Below are positions 21,201 through 35,529 of a stretch of DNA of 64,000 nucleotides, piece by piece. The position numbers were made by a program, and so were the translations under genes. The first letter of the stretch is position 1; every line of letters begins with the position of its first letter. The stretch is taken from contig NW_025767226.1 in assembly GCF_003918875.1 (NCBI RefSeq), positions 372,001 to 436,000 on the forward strand, read 5' to 3'. This stretch comes from Haliotis rubra (lineage: Eukaryota). Below the pieces are notes generated by a model. It searched no databases and was not told the origin of the DNA. It saw only the letters and a program-made list of their open reading frames with translations.

Positions 21201-24200
21201 AGGGATGGAACAGAAGGAGACAGGAGAACGGAGGAGGACAAGGAAAGGAGGAAAGGAATGGAGTGGACAGGAAACGGAGGAAGGAGAGTGGAGGAGCAGG
21301 TGGAGGAGGAAAGGAGGAAAGGATGGAGAGGAAAGGAGGACAGTGGAGGTGGAGGAAGGAGGAGGAAGGAGGAGAGTGGAGAGGAGTGGAAGGACAGATG
21401 AAAGGAGGAAGAAGGAAGAAGAACAGGAAACGGAGTGGAAGAACAGAGAAAAGGAACAGGAATGAGAGAGGAAGGAGGTGAGGAATGGAGGGAAGGAGGA
21501 GTGGAATGGAAGGAAGGATGGAAGAAGGAACAGAGGAATGAATGGAGTGGATGGAGGAAGGAAGGAAAAGAGAGAAGAGGAATGGAGGAAGGAAGAAAAG
21601 GAGAGGAGTGGAAGGAAGAGAAGAATGGAAGGAGTGGAAGGAAGGAGGAGGAAGTGAGGACACAGAGGAGTGGAGGAAGGAATGGAGTGGATGAGATGAG
21701 GTGGAGAGGAGTGGAAGAGGAAGGGAGTACATGGATGAAAAGAGTGGAGGAAGAGGAGGAAATGGAAGGAAGGGAGGAGTGGAGGGAGGAAGGATGGAAA
21801 GAGAAGGATGGACAGGAGGGAATGGAGTGGAAGGAGAGTGGAGTGGAAGGAAGGAGTGGAGTGGAGGGAGACAGGAGGAAGAGGAGGAATGGAGGGAAGG
21901 AGGAGTGGAGGAGTGGTGGAACAGTGGATGGAGGATTGAAGGGAGGCAGGAGTGGAAGGAAGTGGAGTGGAAATGGAGGGAATGGAGAAAATGGAAGGAA
22001 GAGAGGAACAGGAGAGAGTGGAAAGGACAGGAATGGAAGGAGTGGAGCGGAAGAGTGGAGGATGGAGAGGAGTGGAAGGAAGGAGGAATGGAAGGAGGAG
22101 CCACTGGAGTGGCAGAGACAGCGGAATGGACAGGAGTGGAAAGGAAGAGAGCAGCAGGGAAGAGGGAGCGGAGGAAGAGAGGAAGGAAAGAGGAGGAGTG
22201 GAGTGGAAGGGAGGAAGTGGAGCAGGAGTGGTAGTGGAAACAGGAGGAAGGAGGTGGAAACAGAGGAGGCATGGAGTGGAGGAAACAGAGGACAGTGGAG
22301 CAGGAAGGAGCCGGACAGAGGAAACGAGGAAACGAAGGGAGCCGGAGCTGGAGTGAACGGAAGCAAGTGGAGTGAAACGGAGGAACAGGAGGAATGGAGG
22401 AAGACACGGAATGGAGAGAAAGAACAGAGGGATAGAGGAATGGAGGAAGGAATGCACAGGAAGGACGTGGAGAGGAAGGAACAGTGGAGGAGCAGGAAGA
22501 GGCAGGAAGGAAACAGACAAGGACAGAGGACAGCAGAGGACACAGAAGGACAGAGGAGGCAGTGGAGGACAGACAGGAAGGAGCCGGCACGAGGAACAGA
22601 GGCACAGTGGAGCACAGGAGAAGGAAGGAGCACAGGACAAGGAGTATGGAGCAGAGGTGGAGGAAAGGAGGAACAGCAGGAAACGAGAGAGTGGAAACAG
22701 AGGAAAATGGATGGAGCAGTGGAAACGGAGGAACGGAGACACAAGAGGAAACAGGACAAGGAAAACGAGACAGGAACAGAAGGAGGAACAGGGAGGAAAC
22801 AGACAGACAGAGGACCAGGAGGACAATGGATGGAACGCAGGAACGTGAGTGGAGCAGAATGGAGGAATGGAGGAAAAGGAATGGAGGCAGGAACAAGGAA
22901 ACAGTGGAGGAGGACAAGGAGGACATGAGGGAACAGAGGAGTGGATGGAAGAGAGGAAACAGAGAGGAGTGGATCAGAGTTAAGGATGGAACAGAGACAT
23001 GGACAGGAGGAAAAGACAAGAAACGGAGACACAGAATGGACAGGAATGGAGGAGGACAGGAGGGTGGAGGAACGGAGGACAGGAACAGGAAGGAATGGAG
23101 GAACTGGAGTGGAAGGACGGAGAAGGAAAAAGGAGGGAAGGAGAGGAAAGAGAAGAGGAATGGAAGGAGGAGAGAAGGAGAAAGTGGAAAGAGGAGGAGG
23201 AACGAGAGACAAGGACAGAGGAGGACAGTGGAGCATATGGAGGGAGGAGGAAGGACAGTGGACACAGACAGAGGAGCAGTGGAAACAGTGGAAGGAAATG
23301 GAGGAGCAGTGGACAGAGGAAGGAAAAGGGAACAGAGTGGAAGGAAGAGAAAGGAGGAGAGGAGGATGGAGAAAGGAGCAGGTGGAAGGATGGAGAGTGG
23401 CAGTGGAGGGTGGAGGAAAGGAATGGAGGAGTGGAGGAAGGAGGATGGAGGAAGAGTGGAGGAGGAATGGAAATGGGACAGAAAGGAGTGGACAGGAGAG
23501 GAGTGGGAATGGAATGGAACCACAAAGAAAGGAGGGGAGTAAGAACAGAGTGGAAGGAGCATGGAGGAGTGGAAGGAAGAAGGAGAGGAGTGGACTGACT
23601 AAAGGAGAGGAGTGGAGGACAGACTTGAAGGGGGAGTGGAGGACAACAGACTTGAGTGGATGGAGTGGAGGAGTGGAGGAAGGAATGGACAATGGAATGG
23701 ACATGGAGGAGGTGAACTGGAGAGTGGAGGTGGAGGACAGCAGAGTGGAAGGAGTGGAGGAGTGGAGGACAAGAGTGGAGGGAGTGGAGTGGACACAGTG
23801 GATGGATGGAGTGGAGAAAGAGAGGGAGTGGAGCACAAAGAGGAGGAGGGAGTACAGTGAGTGGGTGGAATGGAATGGAGAGTGAGTGCAAGGGGAGTGG
23901 AGCACAGCAGAGAGTGAGTTGAGGGGCTTGCATAGCAGAGCGAGTGAGTGGATTTAGCAGAGCACATCAGAGTGAGTGAGTAGATGGAACAGAGCATGGC
24001 AGAGCGAGTGAGTAGGGGAGAGCAGAACAATGCAAAGTGAGTGATTTGAGTTGAGTGGACTACAGGAGAGTGAGTGAGTGGAAATGAGCAGAGCACAGTA
24101 GAACTAGTGTGCAGCGAGGAGCACTGCAGAGTGAGTGAGTGGAGTGCAGGGGATCACAGCAGAATGAGTTAAGGGGAGTGGAACACAGGAGAGCCAGTGA

Positions 24201-25075
24201 GTGGATGGGAGTGGAGCAAACCAAGTGAGTGGACACAGCGGAGCACAGCAGAGTGAGTGAGTTAGTTGCATGCAGGGTATGACAGCAGAGTGAGTGAGTT
24301 GAGCGGAGCATGAAAGAGCGAGTGTGTTGAGGGGAGCAGAGCACAGCAAGGCCAGTGAGTGGAGCAGAGCAAGCAGAGTGAGTGTTGGAGAGCGAGTGAG
24401 TGAAAAGGAGTGGAGCACAGCAGAGTGAATGAGTGAAGGGGAGCAGAGCGAGTGAGTGGATGGAGCGGAGCACAGCAGAGTGAATGATTGAAGGGGAGCT
24501 GAGTAGAGTGAGTGAGTGGATGGAGAGGAGTACAGAAGTGCAAGTGAGTGAAGCTGAGCAGAGCACAAGAGAGTGAGTGAGTGGGTGGAGCGGAGCACAG
24601 CAGAGTGAATGATTGAAGGGGAGCTGAGTAGAGTGAGTGAGTGGATGGAGAGGAGTACAGAAGTGCAAGTGAGTGAAGCTGAGCAGAGCACAAGAGAGTG
24701 AGTGAGTGGGTGAGCGGATCACAGGAGATGGAAAGGAGTGGAGCACAGAAGAGTGAGTGAGTTGAGGTGAGTGGAGCAGACTGAGTGAGTGACAACATCG
24801 GAGCAGAGAAAGTGCAAGCGAGTGAAGCTGAGTGGAGCACAGGAGAATAAGTTAGTGGAGCAGAGCACAACAGAGTGAGTGCGGGTGAGCTGAACACAGG
24901 AGATGGATAGCAGTGGACACAGGAGAATGAGTGAGTTGAGCAGAGCAAAGCAGAGCGAGTGAGTGGATGGAGCGGAGAACATAGGTGCAAGTGAGTCATT
25001 GAAGGTGAGCAGAAAGAGTTGAGGGGATTAGAGCACAGTAGAGTGAGTGAATGGATGGAGTGGAGCACAACAGAG
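18282..25075. repeat. 6.8-kb purine-rich low-complexity array (GAGT/GGA/GAGCA motifs)
   Basis: Strong G+A strand bias; local ~110-bp duplication at 24450-24710; related short tracts at 35340-35510 and 42297-42763. Confidence 0.95.
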
Positions 25076-25848
25076 AGCTCAGCAATTTTTTACATGACAT
25101 GCAAGGAAGTCGCTTACCTCTTGCAGAAATTTTAGGGGGGCATCATTTACATTGTACATGCTTCCCCATAAAATTCATCTTCGACAATTGTGTATTATTT
25201 TTTCCTGATCTAAACCCCAAAAATATGATTAAACTGGTCTCCCAACGAAAAGTTCTGTTGCTGGATCTAAAGGTGCCCCAAGTGTTTAATGACATGATGT
25301 GTCACTTCTTATGATATCTGCCATTTAAATGATATTATTATGCATTATTATTATGTAATTAAATTTATCAAAGATAGGTGTAATTATGTTCCCATGAAGA
25401 CATATTTGAATTATTTCAATGCTGTGTTTTTATACAATGGGTATGCTGATGACAGTATTTGGGTTAAATGGAATAATAATCAAATATACTCATTGCTATT
25501 AACCAATTTTACACAATGGTGTACACTGGTTTGCAAGACATCTATTTGTTTTTTGTTTTGACAGAATAATGAACTATTCATAGTCTGTAAATATGTAACG
25601 TCAGTAAAAGTTTGGATATTAAACAGCCGAATACAGTTCATTGTGAGACTTTAGGGAGGATAATTATACATCCCGTCATTGGCATTTTCCATACTGAACA
25701 TTGAAAATCACTCAAATGTGCTGTGTGTGGGAAGACATTTTTAAAGTATCAGGTTTGTTATGATGCAATGTGTCACACCATCTTATTGTGTATGGTCCCT
25801 AACCTAGTTATATGAGAGTGACAACGTTTCTTATATTTTCATCCACAG

Positions 25849-27640
25849 GTTAGTGATGGAAGTTGACAGCAATCCACAGAATCCTTTCTCTGTCACTGAA
25901 ACAAATGACATCTGTTACAGGGATTTGCTGGAAACCACAAGAAACATATTTATTGACACCTTCAAAATAGGTGATCTCAAGAAAGAACCTGTTATTGAAC
26001 CCTGGAAACTGGTGTTCTCATGAAAGAACCCTTTTATTAGAACCCTGGAAATAGTTTCCAAATGGTTTGGAGAATCATCAAAACCAACAAAACAGTCTCA
26101 TACATGATGTGAAAGCCTGGAAACATTTTCTAAATCAGGTGAGTTGAAAAGATGCGTGTTCTGTCACAGTGGCGTCAAGATTTTGAGTGTGCTTGATGTG
26201 GGAAAACATTCACACTATCAGCTAATCTCCAGACACACGTGAAGATCCACAGTGGAATTAAGCGCTATGAATGTGGGAAAGCATTTACACGATCAGGTTA
26301 TCTTAAGAAACACATGAAGATTCACAGTAGAATGAAGCCATATGAATGTGTTGAGTGTGGGAAAACTTTTACAGGACCAGATAGTATGCAGAAACACATG
26401 AAGATTTACAGTGGAATCAAGACATGATTGTGGTGAATGTGGGAAAAAATTTACGCTATCAGAAACAAATGAAGATTCACAGTGGATTCAAATCTCATCA
26501 GTGCATTGTGTGTGAGAAAACATTTACACATTCAAGTAGTCTACAGACACACATGAAGATTCACAGTGGAATCAAGCCTCATGAATGTGTTGAATGTGGG
26601 AAAAAATTTGCACGTTCAGGTCATATGCGGGCACACATGAGGATTCACAGTGGAATCAAACCTTATGAATGTGTTGCATGTGCGAAAACATTTACAAATT
26701 CAAGTAATCTACAGAAACACATGAGGATTCACAGTGGAATCAAACCTTATGAATGTGTTGAATGTGCGAAAAAATTTACAAATTCAAGTAATCTAGAAAG
26801 ACATATGACGATTCACAGTGGAATCAAACCTCATCAGTGCATTGTGTGTGAGAAAACATTTACACAATTAGTTAATATGCAGATTCACATGAGGATTCAC
26901 ACAGGAATCATACCTTATGAATGTGGTGAATGTGGGAAAAAGTTTACACGTTCCAGTAGGCTCCAGGCACACATGGGAATTCACAGTTGAATCAAACATT
27001 ATGAATGTGTTGAATTTAGGGGAAAAGTTTTAAAATATAAGTAATCTGCAAACACATATGAGGATTCACAGCGGATTTAAGCGGTATTAATGTGGGAAAC
27101 ATTGTGAAAAAATCATGTGGGAAAAATCATGTGCAGGCACACACGAGAATTCACAGTGGAATAACGGTTGATAAATATGTTGAATGCTGGAAATAATTTA
27201 CAAATTTTTAATGTTATGCTATCTCACCGGTTGCATTCTCTCTCTCTAATGATCAACAGCTGAGTGGAAAAAAGATAAAGTAGTTGTGAAGATACACATG
27301 AGTATTCACAGGGTAATGAAGCCTTATAAATGTGTTGAATGTGAAAATTATGTACACAATCATGTACTCTTTGGAAGCACAGGAGGATTCACAGTGGAAA
27401 CAAGCCTTATGAATGTGTTGAATGTGCGACAGAACTTTACACAGTGAAGTCATCATCAGAATCACAGGAAGATTCACTGTGTAATCAAGCAGTGAAGACT
27501 TGTCACTGTGTTGGGTTTGAGAAGGGATGTACAGCTGTAGGCACCCTGTAGAACACATAAGGATTCAAAGTGGAATCCTGTCTTATCAATGTGTTGAATG
27601 TGGGAAACCATTTGCACTGTCAGCTACTCTTAGCCAGTAA
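25849..27640 (+). pseudogene. Tandem C2H2 zinc-finger gene, unit A, disrupted
   Basis: Acceptor CCACAG at ~25848. Six intact fingers in 26424-26990, flanked by frameshifted or stopped fingers. Paralogous to 43780-46260. Confidence 0.88.
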
Positions 27641-28250
27641 ACACATCAGAGGAGTCTTAGTGTTATGTATATGCACAGTGCATATATACTAGCCACATAA
27701 CGTCATTTGACCTCATTTTCAAGGTCACACGCCATTTTGACTACTTTTCAAACTCTTAACGCAATATCACATATCATTGTACCCAACGTCTTCAGTTATG
27801 TCGACAACCTACATTGGGTGATTATACAGACACCAGTCATTTCAGGCATCTTTTATATGACAAAAATATAAAAAGTAATAAATATGCTATAAATATGTCG
27901 TTCTTCTTTAGCGGCGAGGGACATTGCCATATTAGAGGCAAACACTTGTTTTTATTTAAATGTGATAAATTTCAGCAGATCAGAGCTGAAGGAGTACAGA
28001 GAAGGTTCAAATTACTGTAATCGTTCTTTAAATGATTTGTTCAAAGCATCAACAACAAACTCCTAAAAGACATGATATTGGCAAGTGTATTTGACCTTCT
28101 TGGAACAATCGTCCACAGTATTACAAGTGATTGTAAAGGTTTTCTAATATATTACACGTGTAAATAGTAAATATTCCAATATTGTGTGGGTTCTGTTTAA
28201 AGACAATAGGAAGAGTAGTCCATATATATCCTAGCGCTTCATCTTATTGC

Positions 28251-28636
28251 GGCAGGACCGCCCAAACTGATGCAGGTCTCTTATGTTCACTACTTAGGTG
28301 ATGGTGGCAGGACCGCCCTAACTGATGCAGGTCTCTTATGTTCACTACTTAGGTGATGGTGGCAGGACCGCCCTAACTGATGCAGGTCTCTAATGTTCAC
28401 TACTTAGGTGATGGTGGCAGGACCACCCTAACTGATGCAGGTCTCTTATGTTCACTACTTAGGTGATAGAGGCAGGACCACCCTAACTGATTCAGGTCTC
28501 TTATGTTCACTACTTAGGTGATGGTGGCAGGACCACCCTAACTGATGCAGGTCTCTTATGTTCACTACTTAGGTGATGGTGGCAGGACCGCCCTAACTGA
28601 TGCAGGTCTCTAATGTTCACTACTTAGGTGATGGTG
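28251..28636. repeat. 55-bp minisatellite, 7 copies
   Basis: Unit GGCAGGACCGCCCTAACTGATGCAGGTCTCTTATGTTCACTACTTAGGTGATGGT. Confidence 0.95.
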
Positions 28637-28675
28637 CTGACAAACCTAGAAACATAATCAAGAAAAATACGGATT

Positions 28676-28833
28676 TGAGTGGGTGAGTTTAGTTTTACGC
28701 CGACAATATTTCACCAGCATAAGGACGGAGAACAGCAGAAATTGGCTTCACATTGTAGCCATGTGGGGAATCGAACCCAGTTCTTCTGCATGACAAGTGA
28801 ACAAGTTATCCACAAGGCTACCTCACTGACCCC
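28676..28833 (-). mobile_element. SINE family 1, degenerate
   Basis: GAGTTTAGTTTTACGCC...ATGTGGGGAATCGAACCC...GGCTACC. Confidence 0.8.
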
Positions 28834-29036
28834 AACACTGATTTCAACCCACCATTACAGGTTCCAGGTGTGCTCAAGGCACTTAACTCTACACAGCAAA
28901 TTGCGATATCTTAGACGCCAATACCCCAAGGAGATGGGATGTGATTGTTGACCTTTTAGTGCCACACAAATTGCGTGGGTGATACTCTCAGTCTCACCAG
29001 GGAGCAGAGTATTAAAATCAATTGCAGCTAGTGATC

Positions 29037-29184
29037 GAGTGAGCTTCGTTTACACCGCTTTTAGCAATATTCCAGCAATATCATGACAGGTCCATCAAAA
29101 TGGGCTTCATATATTGTACCCATGTGGGGAATCGAACTCGGCATGGCAAGTGAATGCTTTAACCACCAGGCTGCCTCACCGCCC
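29037..29184 (-). mobile_element. SINE family 1, degenerate
   Basis: GCTTTTAGCAATATTCCAGCAATATCA...CCCATGTGGGGAATCGAAC. Confidence 0.82.
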
Positions 29185-29486
29185 GTGCAGCTATTGTGCA
29201 GCTGGAGTAACAATACAATCTATCACGGTCTAGGTGCACATAACAAGTTACAGATTGTAAAGTCACATCATGATGCTAAGAATTTACGTAATAAAAAACA
29301 TTTCAAACCTGCTACATTATCATGTTTACATAAAGACAATTTTAGACAGCAGAATACAACAAGTTAAGGCCACAAATCACATTCAGTGTTTTTAGATGCT
29401 TGATGGGCATTTAGAAGTTGGGAGGTAACACAACAACGTATGGTATGGATTTACAACTTCTTTAATATTTGCAACACAACGTTTCT

Positions 29487-31420
29487 TACATGTCTAACGC
29501 CCACTGCAGTGCTCTAGTTCAGACTTACATGTCTAACGCCCACTGCAGTGCTGTAGTACAGACTTACATGCCTAACGTTCACTGCAGTTCTGTAGTACAC
29601 ACATACATGTCTAACGCTCACTGCAGTGCTGTAGTCCAGACTTACATGCCTAACGCTCACTGCAGTGCTGTAGTACAGACTTACATGTCTAACGCTCACT
29701 GCAGTGCTGTAGTACAGACTTACATGGCTAACGCTAACGCTCACTGCAGTGTACATGTAACGTACAGAGTGCTAGTACATGTCTAACGCTCACTGCAGTG
29801 CTGTAGTACAGACTTTACATGTCTAACACTCACTGCAGTGCTGTAGTACAGACTTACTTACATGTCTAACGCTCACTGCAGTGCTGTAGTACAGACTTAC
29901 ATGCCTAACACTCACTGCAGTGCTGTAGTACAGACTTACATGTCTAACGCCCACTGCAGTGCTGTAGTACAGACTTACATGTCTAACGCTCACTGCAGTG
30001 CTGTAGTACAGACTTACATGTCTAACGCTCACTGCAGTGCTGTAGTACAGACTTACATGTCTAACGCTCACTGCAGTGTTGTAGTACAGACTTACATGTC
30101 TAACACTCACTGCAGTGCTGTAGTACAGACTTACATGTCTAACGCCCACTGCAGTGCTGTAGTACAGACTTACATGTCTAACACTCACTGCAGTGCTGTA
30201 GTACAGACTTACATGTCTAACACTCACTGCAGTGCTGTAGTACAGACTTACACTACATGTCTAACGCTCACTGCAGTGCTGTAGTACAGACTTACATGCC
30301 TAACACTCACTGCAGTGCTGTAGTACAGACTCACATGCCTAACGCTCACTGCAGTGCTGTAGTACAGACTTACATGTCTAACGCCCACTGCAGTGCTCTA
30401 GTTCAGACTTACATGCCTAACGCTCACTGCATTGCTGTAGTACAGACTTACATGCCTAACGCTCACTGCAATACTGTAGTACAGACGTACATGCCTAACG
30501 CTCACTGCAGTGCTGTAGTACAGACGTACATGCCTAACGCTCACTGCAGTGCTGTAGTACAGACTTACATGCCTAACGCTCACTGCAGTGCTGTAGTACA
30601 GACTTACATGTCTAACGCTCACTGCAATACTGTAGTACAGACTTACATGCCTAACGCTCACTGCAGTGCTGTAGTACAGACGTACATGCCTAACGCTCAC
30701 TGCAGTGCTGTAGTACAGACGTACATGCCCAACACTTACTACAGTGCTGTAGTACAGACGTACATGCCTAACGCTCACTGCAGTACTGTAGTACAGACTT
30801 ACATGCCTAACGCTCACTGCAGTGCTGTAGTACAGACGTACATGCCTAACGCTCACTGCAGTACTGTAGTACAGACGTACATGCCCAACGCTTACTGCAG
30901 TGCTGTAGTACAGACTTACATTCCAAACGCTCACTGCAGTGCTGTAGTACAGACTTACATGTCTAACGCTCACTGCAATACTGTAGTACAGACGTACATG
31001 CCTAACGCTCACTGCAGTGCTGTAGTACAGACGTACATGCCTAACGCTCACTGCAGTGCTGTAGTACAGACTTACATGTCTAACGCCCACTGCAGTGCTG
31101 TAGTACAGACTTACATGTCTAACGCTCACTGCAGTGCTGTAGTACAGACGTACATGTCTAACGCTCACTGCAGTGCTGTAGTACAGACGTACATGCCTAA
31201 CGCTCACTGCAGTGCTGTAGTACAGACTTACATGTCTAACGCTCACTGCAGTGCTGTAGTACAGACGTACATGCCTAACGCTCACTGCAATGCTGTAGTA
31301 CAGACTTACATGCCTAACGCTCACTGCAGTGCTGTAGTACAGACTTACATGTCTAACGCTCACTGCAGTGCTGTAGTACAGACTTACATGTCTAGCATTC
31401 ACTGCAGTGCTGTCGTTTAG
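29487..31420. repeat. 39-bp minisatellite (~49 copies)
   Basis: Same unit as 12378-12625. The unit length is a multiple of 3, which creates spurious repeat ORFs. Confidence 0.97.
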
Positions 31421-32027
31421 GCATTCATGCACACTCATTCTATACCTTAAAGATTAGCGGCTCAGACTTACAGGCTCAGCCTTACACTCATGTCATCACG
31501 TTAGTTCCGCAGACAGGTGCGTAGTTCAAGGGACATTTTCTCTGACACATGCGAATGTCAACAGCACCAACCGCTGTAAAACAACGGAATTAGTTCATGA
31601 AGATTTTGTTAAAGGCTGATAAATAGTTTCCATTTGCATCTGGGCTCATGTCGCGCTTGCGACTGATATATTGAAGACTCGGGGTGAACAGGTTTACAGA
31701 CACACAGACAGACAAGCACTGTTCGCACGGTTTATATCAGACTTGTGCATTCGGATTTCCTTGGTTGAAACAAAAAAGCAAACTCAACACAAAGCTACAA
31801 AATATTTAGAATAATTACAAGCTAAGGCTATACTCACCAGCCAAACCAGAGCACAGGCCATGAAGGTTCGTAACATTATATTCACTTGTGTGTGAAATGA
31901 ATAACTGGCGTTAAGTGTTCTTGTTTTGGGTTTTATCTGTTTTGACCTGTTTATCTGCAGGATTGATAACTTTATTATGTTTACATTCCGTAAGGGGCGG
32001 CAGCCAATTGCACCAGTCCAGACAGTT

Positions 32028-32070
32028 GTAGTAGTAATAGTAATAGTAGTAGTAGTAGTAGTAGTAGTAA

Positions 32071-32112
<42 letters not shown>

Positions 32113-32120
32113 AGAGAGAG
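32028..32120. repeat. (GTA)n + (GA)n microsatellite
   Basis: Directly visible. Confidence 0.95.
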
Positions 32121-32380
32121 AGTCTTTATTTCCTCCAGACGATCATCCGAAGATCAAACATATTATACACATGTAAATACAAGAAAGGGGGCAAAGTTAC
32201 AACTTGATATAGATGTATATACAATTATATTAATCAAGATGAATACCTAAAGCTACAATTTACATAAGAACATACATGTATATGAGAATACAATTAATTT
32301 ATACAAGAAACTTCCGAAAGTGGACATACATCATTATACATCTGCAGAGATCAATCAGTGTAACATTGTAGGAGATGTCG

Positions 32381-32556
32381 NNNNNNNNNNNNNNNNNNNN
32401 NNNNNNNNNNNNNNNNNNNNNNNNNNNNNNNNNNNNNNNNNNNNNNNNNNNNNNNNNNNNNNNNNNNNNNNNNNNNNNNNNNNNNNNNNNNNNNNNNNNN
32501 NNNNNNNNNNNNNNNNNNNNNNNNNNNNNNNNNNNNNNNNNNNNNNNNNNNNNNNN
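32381..32556. other. Assembly gap (176 N)
   Basis: Run of n. Confidence 1.
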
Positions 32557-33394
32557 TCTCACGTGATTTCCTCACTCATTAAGCTGACATACCTGGTATT
32601 ACAACAATATTATATAATTAACAAGACAAAACCCCGAAACAAAGAAAGCGCCATTTGCATTGTTTTTTCTCTGTTATTATCTGTGATCGTAAGCATATTT
32701 AATGCAGCAGCCTTGGGCGTTGACTAATGATTTGCGCCCCTTAGGCCTTTGACAGGAGATGTTATTCTGGGTTCAGATCCTGGAGGTCTGGAGGTTCGGA
32801 TCTGATATTCGATCGGGCTAGTTATTCTCGAAACGTTCGTAGGGCCCTTGTTCTCGACTTGATCTAGAACTAGTACTACTGTTGACGCCAGGTTATAAAT
32901 AGAGGTTAAATTCATAACAATAATAATATATGAAATATACATGTCAACTTTATTTAATCTACATTGTGCGTAGTTAACATCGTAGTATTGATTTGGTGAT
33001 GAGTGATCTCTCAACCCTGTGTTATGGCAACGTGCAGGATCACAATAAAAACAGACTGGCCCCCGGCCTCTGTTGAGATGTCAGCCTGGTTCCCTGGGTG
33101 TCTTGCGCTGGCGCTACCTTGCCTTTGCTATAATGAGTCAGCCGCCAGGGGACCAGGTCGTCGAGGAAACCAGTCTTTTCTAAAAATAGCTTCAGCCTCG
33201 TTCGCAACGGAAATTCCGGGTTGTCGTTGTTTCACCCTGACGCCGAGAGGTCACTCGAACGGAAGTATATGCAGCAGAGGTAAGTCTTCCAGGAGTCGCC
33301 ACACGGGAATTAAAAGAAGGAAAGACTAACCCAAACCGAAACTCTACCCCTAAAAACATAAAGCTGAGTATTAGAGGAGAGGATTATTGGTAAA

Positions 33395-34874
33395 GGGATA
33401 CACCCGAACCGGCCCCTGGATATTTAACCCAAACCGGCCCCTGGATATTTAACCCAAACAGGCCCCGCACCCGAACCGGCCCCTGGGTTAATTAACGGTA
33501 ATCAGACAGACATGAAGATTTCAATTAATTTATTACATAAATACAGACATGAAGATTTCAGTTAATTTATTGAATATATACAGACATGAAGATTTCCTTT
33601 TCCTTATTGTGCCATCCTGAAGCTACTTCTTAGAACTTTATGAGAGATGTTATTAGAATAAGGGTCTGGGATGGAGTCTTGATGCCCTGTGAATATTCTG
33701 TCCAAATGTCTTGTATCTGCTGGTTTTCGTTACATCACACCCCATCTGCTAATGCCTGTCTTTAGAATAATACACTTATATTATCATAGGTAGTTACCGC
33801 GAGGGCGGTGGGGTAGCCTAGTGGTTAAAGCGTTGGCTCGTCACGCCGAAGACCCGGGTTCGATTCCCCACATGGGCACAATGTGTTAAGCCCATTTCTG
33901 GTGTCCCCCGCCGTGATATTGCTGGAATATTGCTAAAAGCGGCGTAAAACTAAACTCACTCAGTCAGTCAGTCAGTTACCGCGATTGGTGGCGTGACAGT
34001 TGACCCCAGGCCAGCAACTGTGGTATCTGGGGTACATGCAGGGCTTATTATCCATGATTAACAAATTATGAATCATATCCTTCAGATAATGTCTTTTAGA
34101 AGATTATACGCAAGGTGAAGATAACGGTATACGGTGCAGTTGACATTGATCGAACGCAATCAGTGTCAAGTAAGAGCATACGCTTAAGACAACATGTACA
34201 TTTATTCGCTCTCGATAATCCGTTCAAAGAAATATTAAAACAACACATTCACTTTAATCTCTCAGTGAGACGTTCGTGAAATAACAGTTTAATTTTGGAG
34301 CTGAAGAATGTTTTAGTTTTCAAAATGTTAGCAGAATTCACTCTGTGAAAGGTGGTTAATGTGTGTTGAAAATCTTGACAAATGTTCCACTCATGGAAAC
34401 ATGGGAAAAGATGAAGGACGACATTATTTTTCGTTACTGGAAACTTGGGCATAACAAAAGTGAAACGTGAATTCATTATATTGGATTTATGTGCTATTCC
34501 TGTATTGAATTAATGTGTCATTTCTGTGGATGCGATACAACGAAATGTAAGTACACGTTTACTTTAGTATTGTTTTTCAATTGATCTTTTAGATTCTTAA
34601 AAGAATTACATAAAATGTCCTCTACCACGGGATCTCCGTGATCAGCAGCACTTGCATGTTCACTTGCCTCTCATCGACACTAATATTCGCTAATATATTT
34701 TCATGTAAAGACATTTGAGTAATATGTTTTCGTCATTAATGTTAAAGGAACTTTAATACATATGTCAATGTTGAAATATTTACTTCTCGGGGCCGGTTTG
34801 GGTCAAATATCAGGGGCCAGTTCGGGTTAAATATCAGGGGCCGAATCGGCTTGGGGCCGGTTCGGGGGTAATTC
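33395..34874. mobile_element. Non-autonomous TIR transposon, probably MULE-type
   Basis: Inverted ends GGGATACACCCGAACCGGCCCC / GGGGCCGGTTCGGGGGTAATTC with tandem CCGAACCGGCCCC subterminal repeats. 8-bp TSD TTGGTAAA at 33387-33394 and 34875-34882. Confidence 0.85.
33803..33973 (+). mobile_element. SINE family 1, young copy
   Basis: TSD AGTTACCGCGA at 33792-33802 and 33974-33984. Confidence 0.93.
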
Positions 34875-35529
34875 TTGGTAAACATGGTAAAATCGTCAGA
34901 AAATAAGGTGGCGAAGGGATTTAGCTCACCGTCAACCAACCCAACAATTTGACATGGAGCAAAAATATATGTATATTCATGTAATATGATTTGACTTGAA
35001 GCCAGGGAAGTCACCCATTTTGTACAGTTAGTGGCTTCCTTTTCTATAACATTTCTAGTCTCCGAGTAATGGTGTGTTGATATCACTGCCAATATCCTAT
35101 AAAATTTGTCAGTCATCTCAGAAGGCAACTTTCAAAATATATGATGGCATAGATATTATTAATGTTCCTTTAACCCCCTTGATGCCACATAGAAATAACC
35201 CGTGTGTTGTCGCTGTGCCTAGTTTATTTGAGCGAGACGTTATGAAAAATGCATACATTCGTCTAAAATGTATGTAAAACAGCATTAGTGTTACTCACAA
35301 TGTTCAAAATCCACACTGTAAAAGTTCAATCAATTACTGTTATGAGTGATTGTATAGAGCTGTGCACAGCACACCAGAGCGAGGGGAGGGGGTAAGGAGC
35401 TGAGCATAGAATGAGCGAGTGATTTTAGGGGAGAGGAGCGGAGGAGAGTGAGTGGAGCAGAGAAGAGGAGAGCGAACGTGAGGATGGAAGTGGAGCTCTG
35501 TAGAGCGATTGAGTATTTTTCATTGGAGG

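Noticed and set aside
18075-25068. Very long ORFs (up to 1809 aa) on both strands
   Set aside because: By-product of a purine/pyrimidine-skewed low-complexity tract that rarely forms stop codons. ORFs overlap in all frames and have no domain structure.
29469-31438. 13-aa repeat proteins (MPNAHCSAVVQTY)n
   Set aside because: Translation of a 39-bp minisatellite, with frame breaks and ORFs on both strands.
32299-32727. ORFs containing X runs
   Set aside because: They span the assembly gap.
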